Of a DNA stretch of 11,653 nt, positions 6,770-11,653 are shown one piece after another. Source of the DNA: Candidatus Eiseniibacteriota bacterium (GTDB lineage: Bacteria; Eisenbacteria; RBG-16-71-46; CAZEPH01); contig JBGATO010000100.1 in NCBI GenBank assembly GCA_044229145.1, forward strand, positions 1-11,653, written 5' to 3'. The stretch's first letter is position 1. Each line of letters begins with the position of its first letter. Position numbers and translations under genes: made by a program. The notes under the pieces are model-generated. The model saw nothing but the letters and a program-made list of their open reading frames with translations, was not told where the DNA came from and did not search any database.

Positions 6770-9531
6770 CGCGCCTTCCGCATGCGGCGCTTCACCTCGG
6801 TGTCGAAGTGGAGCACCAGGTTGTAGGACGTGGCGTCGCCGTCGCTGTCGTTCCTGAGCGCCACGAACAGCCGCCCGCCCGGCAACGGCGTCCAGCTTTG
6901 CGATGCGATGCCCAGTTTTTCGAGGTTGACGCCAGCGACCGGCTCCGACGTCGACACCTCGGTCCCCAGCGTGACCGTCACGCGATGGACGGTGTGATGG
7001 TCGTCCTCGATCATCAGCGTCCGGCCGTCCGGCGCCCACTTGTGGGCGTACACGCTGCCGATGTTCACCAGCACCGGACGGCTCAGCGTGCCGTCGGCCC
7101 TGACCTCCGCGACATACGACTGCAGCTTGCCGGATTCGGTGGACCCGTAGGCGACGAGCCGGCAGTCATTCGAGACCTCCACGCCCATCTGCATGCCACT
7201 CGGGAGCGGGTACGTCAGCCGCGAGGCATCCGTCTCGCGTCCCGCCAGCCGCAAGATCGCCAGGCGTGCAGGGCCGCCTTCGTTGCGCGAGAGAATCATC
7301 GCCGTGCCGCCCGCAATCCACGTCGCGTCACCATAACTCGTGTTGGGAGACTCGGACGCGAAGATGCGCTGCGGCGCGCCTCCCTCGACGCCTTGCACGT
7401 AGATGCCGTCACGCGCGTCGCCGCCGTGCCGGAAGTAGGCGATGTGCGTGCCGTCCGGCGACCAGTGCGGCCCCGAGCAGTCGGCATTGGGGTCGGTACC
7501 AAGTCGGCGCAATCCGGGCCGGTCGACAGTCGACACCCAGATCTCGTCGATCCCGCGCGCGCTCGCGATCTGGCACGCGAACTGGCGCCCGTCGGGCGAG
7601 GGCACCAGCCCGCTGTTGAGCGAAATCCGGTCGGACGACCACGGGGTCAGCTTTCCGGCGGCATCGAGTACCGCCAACTGTCGTTGTCCGCCGAAGGAAC
7701 CCGGCCGGTAGAGCAGCGTTCCGTCGTCGGTCAAGGTGAAGATGGCGGGGAAGAACGAGTACCGCGTGCTCAAGCCGTTCCACACCGCCACCGGCGTACC
7801 GTGCGCTTCGGCGCGTCCCGCATCGAACTTCACCGCGAGTAGCGCGTCGCCGCGCGAGAACACGAGATATCCCGCCGGCAAGTACGTCGCGTTGCCGCCG
7901 TCCTCGACGACGATCTTCACCTTGCCGGTGCGCAGGTCGAGGATGCCAACGCTGTAGTGCCAGCCGGTGTCGTCGTACATCACGACATTGACGGGCACGG
8001 CGTGCTCGCCCGGCAGACACTCGTATTGCATCTCGTAGCGGCTGACGCCCTTTCGGCCGGCGTCCATCTTCACCGGCTTGGAGGCGGTTCCTCCGCCCGG
8101 CGACAGGCGCACGAAGCTGTCGAGTCCGTCCTGGAAGAGCAGGTCGCCATTCTTCATCTGAATCAAGGACCGGTACGTGTCCTTCCAGACGACGAGTGGC
8201 GTCGGCGGCGCACTGCCGTCCACGGCGACCTGAACGAGGCGCAGCTGAGACGAACCCGGGGCGAGTGGCAGGAGCGGGCCGATTTGTCGGGGGTTGTACA
8301 ACCAGCCACTGCCGGCCAGTCCGCGCACCGCAGTGAGTTCGGTGAACTCCGGCTGATCGAGGTCGCGGACGAACAGGCGTCTGTCGGCGGACGCATCGCC
8401 CTGCGCGCCGGCCACGTTGCCTTGCACCATGAGTGTCCGGCCATCTTTGGTCAGCAGCGCACTGGCGCCGGTGAGTCCGGACGGCATCGCCACCGACACG
8501 CACCGCGTCTCGGGCCCCGGCGCGTGCGGGCCGAACGTGCGCCACGCCACGGCGCCGAGCGCGAGGCTGGCGATCGCGGTCAGCGTCAGCACGAGACGCG
8601 GCGACTTCGCGCGCGGCGCGGCGGCCGGCGCCGGCTCCACCGCCGCGAACTTCCCCGACGGCGCGCGCGTCGCCAGCACTTCGTCGAGCGTGATGCGTGC
8701 GTCGCCGATATCGCGCAACCGCAGCTTCGGATCCTTGACCAAGCAGCGTTGCAGCAACTCGCGCACGCGCGGCGGCGTGTCGGACGGCAGCGCGGCGAAG
8801 TCCGGCTCGCGCTCGAGGATCTTCGCGAGCGTGTCCGACGCCGTCTCGCCGAGGAACGCGCGCTTGCCGGTCAGGCACTCGAACAGCACCGCGCCGAACG
8901 CCCAAATGTCGGCGCGGCGATCAACGAGTTTGCCGCGCGCTTGCTCGGGACTCATGTACGCGGCGGTGCCGAGGATGACATTCGGCGCCGTCATCGGCGT
9001 GGTGATCGTCGCGGTGAACGCGCTCGCGGCGTCTTGCTCTGTGACATCGCCCTCGAATGCCTTCGCCAAACCGAAGTCGAGCAGCTTGACCGCGCCGTCG
9101 GCGGTGAGCTTGACGTTCGCCGGCTTGAGATCGCGGTGGATGATGCCCTTCTCGTGCGCGACCTCGAGAGCCTCAGCGATCTGCCGCGCGATGCTCACGG
9201 CGTCCGCCACCGGCAGCGGGCCGCGCGCGATCAGCGCGGCGAGTTCATCGCCCTCCACCATCTCCATCGCGAGGAAGCGCGTGCCGCCTTCCGCGCCGGC
9301 GCCGTAGATGGCGGCGATGTGCGGATGGTTGAGCGAGGCGAGCATGCGCGCTTCGCGCTCGAAGCGCGCCATGCGCTCGGGATCGCGAGCGAACGCCTCG
9401 GGCAGCACTTTGATCGCCGCGTCGCGGCCGAGCGCGGCGTCGCGCGCGCGGTAGACTTCGCCCATGCCGCCGGCGCCGATGGGCGCGACGATGTCGTAGG
9501 GGCCGAGACGGGTGCCGGGGGTCAACGGCAT
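6766..9531 (-). CDS. K4: Ser/Thr protein kinase - TM - divergent beta-propeller receptor, 921 aa
   Basis: ORF track 921 aa starting MPLTPGTRLGPYDIV. Motifs GAGGMG, AAIK, HRDLKPAN, DFG, YMSPE. TM LVLTLTAIASLALGAVAW after RAKSPR. PSPDG/WSPDG/WAPDG repeats mainly in the C-terminal half. Confidence 0.95.
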   Translation of the reverse strand: MPLTPGTRLGPYDIVAPIGAGGMGEVYRARDAALGRDAAIKVLPEAFARDPERMARFEREARMLASLNHPHIAAIYGAGAEGGTRFLAMEMVEGDELAALIARGPLPVADAVSIARQIAEALEVAHEKGIIHRDLKPANVKLTADGAVKLLDFGLAKAFEGDVTEQDAASAFTATITTPMTAPNVILGTAAYMSPEQARGKLVDRRADIWAFGAVLFECLTGKRAFLGETASDTLAKILEREPDFAALPSDTPPRVRELLQRCLVKDPKLRLRDIGDARITLDEVLATRAPSGKFAAVEPAPAAAPRAKSPRLVLTLTAIASLALGAVAWRTFGPHAPGPETRCVSVAMPSGLTGASALLTKDGRTLMVQGNVAGAQGDASADRRLFVRDLDQPEFTELTAVRGLAGSGWLYNPRQIGPLLPLAPGSSQLRLVQVAVDGSAPPTPLVVWKDTYRSLIQMKNGDLLFQDGLDSFVRLSPGGGTASKPVKMDAGRKGVSRYEMQYECLPGEHAVPVNVVMYDDTGWHYSVGILDLRTGKVKIVVEDGGNATYLPAGYLVFSRGDALLAVKFDAGRAEAHGTPVAVWNGLSTRYSFFPAIFTLTDDGTLLYRPGSFGGQRQLAVLDAAGKLTPWSSDRISLNSGLVPSPDGRQFACQIASARGIDEIWVSTVDRPGLRRLGTDPNADCSGPHWSPDGTHIAYFRHGGDARDGIYVQGVEGGAPQRIFASESPNTSYGDATWIAGGTAMILSRNEGGPARLAILRLAGRETDASRLTYPLPSGMQMGVEVSNDCRLVAYGSTESGKLQSYVAEVRADGTLSRPVLVNIGSVYAHKWAPDGRTLMIEDDHHTVHRVTVTLGTEVSTSEPVAGVNLEKLGIASQSWTPLPGGRLFVALRNDSDGDATSYNLVLHFDTEVKRRMRKAR
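6774..6779 (-). promoter_or_regulatory. Putative Shine-Dalgarno of K3 (GGAAGG), inside the K4 3' end
   Basis: Minus strand reads gcGGAAGGcgcgATGA. Confidence 0.4.
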
Positions 9532-9671
9532 CGTTTACTTCTCCAGGAGGCCGCGCCAGTTGCGCACGATGCGCGTCGGCGGCGGGACGGGCTTGGTGTC
9601 GGGACGCGCGACGAGCACACGGTCGCGACGATGTCGTAGGGGCCGAGACGGGTGCCGGGGGTCAACGGCAT
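9522..9671 (-). other. 49-aa chimeric ORF created by the 140-bp duplication (first 16 aa of K4, then out-of-frame K5 tail)
   Basis: The duplicated K4 ATG at 9671 reads MPLTPGTRLGPYDIVA-TVCSSRVPTPSPSRRRRASCATGAASWRSKRCR*. TGA at 9524-9522 lies inside the first codons of the true K4. It is real only if the duplication is not an assembly artifact. Confidence 0.4.
9541..9544 (-). promoter_or_regulatory. Putative Shine-Dalgarno of K4 (GGAG); duplicated at 9681-9684
   Basis: Minus strand reads ctGGAGaagTAAacgATG, 9 nt spacing. Confidence 0.5.
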
Positions 9672-9674
9672 CGT

Positions 9675-11653
9675 TTACTTCTCCAGGAGGCCGCGCCAGT
9701 TGCGCACGATGCGCGTCGGCGGCGGGACGGGCTTGGTGTCGGGACGCGCGACGAGCACACGGTCGCGAGTGAGGCCGATCATGATCGACGGGAACGGACA
9801 CGCGAGTTCGACCGGCTTGCCGACCGACGGCGGATCGCCGGCCGTGACGCTCACCGCCATCTGCGCGGTCTTGGACGAGTAGAAGATCTCGTGGCCGTCG
9901 AGACTCCACCCCGCATTGCCACCGCCGCCCACCGACACTTTCGTGGTGCGGCGCAGGGCAGGGAAATCGGCGAGATAGATCTCATGATCGCCCGTTTGAT
10001 TCGACGTGTAGACGAGCCACTTGCCGTCCGGCGAGATGCGCCCGTCGCGCTCGTCGAACGGCGTCACCACGAGTGGTTGCGTCTTCGTCCCAGGCGCGCC
10101 GACGGGAAGCAGGTACAAGTTGTGGCCGGTGCCCGGCAGTTGCGAATCCCCCAGCAACTGCGAGCCGTCCGGTGACCAGTCCTCGACGGAGAATCGCTGT
10201 TGCACCAGCGGCAGACTGCGCGCCGTGCCGCCGGTCGAGGGCTGGAGCCACAGGGTATTCTTGCCGCCCGCGCTGTTGCTCACCGCGAGTTGACTGCCAT
10301 CCGGCGAGAACGCGACGCCCATGTCCGAGGTGCCGCTGACGAAGGTCGCGCGCGAGAACTGACGGCGCGCGAGATCGACGGTCCAGAAGTCTTCGCTGGC
10401 GCCATCGACGCCGCGGTGCAGGAGCGTGGCCTGCCCGCCATCGCGGCTCATCATCCCGAAAGTAATGATCGCCAAGTCGCCGAACGCCGTGAGTTCGTGG
10501 CCCGCGCGGTCGTACCACGCCAGACGCGAGGCGAAGTTGGAGGTCGAGCGGAAGGCGAGCAGACCGCTGCGCGCCACCGAGAAGTCGCCAAGGTCGCGCG
10601 GGTTGTAATAGGCGACGCGGCTGAACAGCGAATGCAGCGCCCCGGAGACCTTCGCGGTGCGCGGATCGAAGCGCTGCGCCACCAAGTTGCCGTCGCGGCA
10701 GTAGAACAGATAGCCGTCGGCGTACTCCGGGTTCGACCCTTGATCGACGACGCGGCGCGCCGGCGCGCCATCGAGCGACCCGACGGCGATGTGCCCGAAC
10801 GCATCGGTGCTGCTCTGGCGTTCGACGAAGAGGAAGTGGCGCCCGTCCGGCAAGAACCACGGCATGCGGTGCGTCCACGTGGGCTCGGCCGGATGCGTCA
10901 CCGGCTCCGGCGTGCCGCCGTCCGCGGACACGCGCACCAGCGGACCCGTGATGTCTGGCGCGAACACGATCACATCGTCGCGATTCCACGTCCCGCCGCG
11001 CATCGCGTGCGCCTCGCAGATCGTGGTCACTGGGCCGCCGCTAGCGGGCACTTTGCGCAGCTTGCCGTCGCTGAAAAAGGCGATCCACCTGGAGTCGGGG
11101 GACCAGAAGGGGAACTCCGGAGTGTCGGTGCCGTCGAGGCGGCGCGTCTCGCCGGTGGCGAACTCGCGTACCACGAGGCCAGAGGCGGATGAATCGCTGA
11201 CCGCGATCTGGACCATCGCGCTGCCATCCGGCGCCAACGCGACGGCACCAGTCGAAAGCGACAGCGGCGAGAAGCGCGCCGGCAGCTGCACGTCGGCCTG
11301 AAACACCGCGCCGTGCTCGCCGCCGCGCCGCGTCTGCATTACCGCCCACGCCACGGCCGCCAGCGCGACGAGCCATCCTGCGAGCGGCAGCCATGCGCGC
11401 GCGCCGCGCCGGCGCGCCGGCGTCGCGAGCGGCGCCGCGACGCTGCTCTGCGATCCGCCCTCCGCTGCCCACGCCAGTTGCAGCTTCACATCGTGCGCGC
11501 TCTGGTAGCGATCCTCGGGATCCTTCGCGAGACAGGTGCGGATCGCGCGATCGAGCGCCGGCGGGCTGGTCGGCTGCACCGCCTCGAGCGGCGGCGGCGT
11601 GGTCGACATGATGGCGACGATGAGGCTCGCCTGGCTCGCGCCTTCGACGGCGC
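9675..11653 (-). CDS. K5: Ser/Thr protein kinase (C-lobe end only) - TM - TolB/PD40-like beta-propeller receptor (5'-truncated by window edge; about 658 codons visible)
   Basis: The frame stays open upstream of the track's M at 11609 (AVEGASQASLIVAIMSTTPPP...), so that Met is internal. The kinase C-lobe end CLAKDPEDRYQSAHDVKLQL matches K1. TM WLPLAGWLVALAAVAWAVM. WSPDS/LPDG/FSPDG/WSPDG/ISPDG repeats. TAA stop at 9675-9677. Confidence 0.93.
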   Translation of the reverse strand, partial: AVEGASQASLIVAIMSTTPPPLEAVQPTSPPALDRAIRTCLAKDPEDRYQSAHDVKLQLAWAAEGGSQSSVAAPLATPARRRGARAWLPLAGWLVALAAVAWAVMQTRRGGEHGAVFQADVQLPARFSPLSLSTGAVALAPDGSAMVQIAVSDSSASGLVVREFATGETRRLDGTDTPEFPFWSPDSRWIAFFSDGKLRKVPASGGPVTTICEAHAMRGGTWNRDDVIVFAPDITGPLVRVSADGGTPEPVTHPAEPTWTHRMPWFLPDGRHFLFVERQSSTDAFGHIAVGSLDGAPARRVVDQGSNPEYADGYLFYCRDGNLVAQRFDPRTAKVSGALHSLFSRVAYYNPRDLGDFSVARSGLLAFRSTSNFASRLAWYDRAGHELTAFGDLAIITFGMMSRDGGQATLLHRGVDGASEDFWTVDLARRQFSRATFVSGTSDMGVAFSPDGSQLAVSNSAGGKNTLWLQPSTGGTARSLPLVQQRFSVEDWSPDGSQLLGDSQLPGTGHNLYLLPVGAPGTKTQPLVVTPFDERDGRISPDGKWLVYTSNQTGDHEIYLADFPALRRTTKVSVGGGGNAGWSLDGHEIFYSSKTAQMAVSVTAGDPPSVGKPVELACPFPSIMIGLTRDRVLVARPDTKPVPPPTRIVRNWRGLLEK
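11000..11653. repeat. Dispersed direct repeat, copy B (K5 segment paralogous to 1-654)
   Basis: Same alignment. For example 11481-11520 is identical to 482-521. Confidence 0.93.

Larger units (their letters stand above)
9484..9768. repeat. Perfect 140-bp tandem direct duplication spanning the K5 3' end, stop, RBS and K4 5' end
   Basis: 9484-9628 is identical to 9624-9768 (period 140). The 5-mer CGCGA occurs at 9484-9488, 9624-9628 and 9764-9768 (junction microhomology). Mismatches appear immediately outside the span (9483/9623 and 9629/9769). Confidence 0.97.

Noticed and set aside
1377..9531. Gene symbols pknB/prkC/tolB, or a pseudokinase call
   Set aside because: There are no PASTA repeats and no tol-pal context, so those orthologies are unsupported. 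All visible catalytic motifs are intact.
8..9639. Long plus-strand ORFs (8..1360, 1317..2174, 2259..4553, 4346..5449, 5756..6826, 6808..7842, 7957..9639)
   Set aside because: Antisense shadows of the kinase genes. They are Arg/Ala/Gly-rich with no recognisable domain, and their recurring motif (e.g. EHDVARLEIA) is just the reverse complement of HRDLKPGN. They are expected at high GC.
9484..9768. Duplication as a diversity-generating retroelement TR/VR pair, CRISPR repeat or IS target-site duplication
   Set aside because: The copies are identical with no adenine-specific mismatches, directly adjacent with no spacer or inserted element, and no reverse transcriptase, cas or transposase gene is present.
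9535..9909. 124-aa minus ORF ending in the K5 C-terminal sequence, plus the twin plus-strand ORFs 9512..9772 and 9652..9882
   Set aside because: By-products of the 140-bp duplication, not independent genes.
11000..11653. Similarity of the window ends as evidence for a circular element or terminal repeats
   Set aside because: Identity is only about 88% with many codon-level substitutions, which fits paralogy rather than an assembly overlap. No replication or mobility genes are present.

Overview
This GC-rich (about 70% by eye) bacterial window is filled by one head-to-tail, minus-strand array of at least five paralogous membrane receptor kinases. Each has an N-terminal Hanks-type (eukaryotic-like) Ser/Thr kinase domain, an Arg/Pro/Ala-rich linker, one predicted transmembrane helix, and a roughly 550-600 aa TolB/PD40-like beta-propeller region. 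In transcription order they are K5 (5'-truncated, 9675..11653), K4 (6766..9531), K3 (4088..6769), K2 (1377..4091) and K1 (3'-truncated, 1..1336; missing from the ORF track because it runs off the edge). The genes are joined by ATGA overlaps or very short spacers. The two outer, non-adjacent genes K1 and K5 are recent paralogs, about 88% identical over 654 nt at an offset of 10,999 bp. A perfect 140-bp tandem duplication with 5-bp microhomology spans the K5/K4 junction, and a 15-codon mini-ORF bridges K2 to K1 through ATGA overlaps at both ends. I found no RNA genes, mobile elements, CRISPR arrays, phosphatases or kinase substrates. The architecture resembles kinase expansions known in Acidobacteriota, Gemmatimonadota and similar lineages, but taxonomy cannot be determined from this window.
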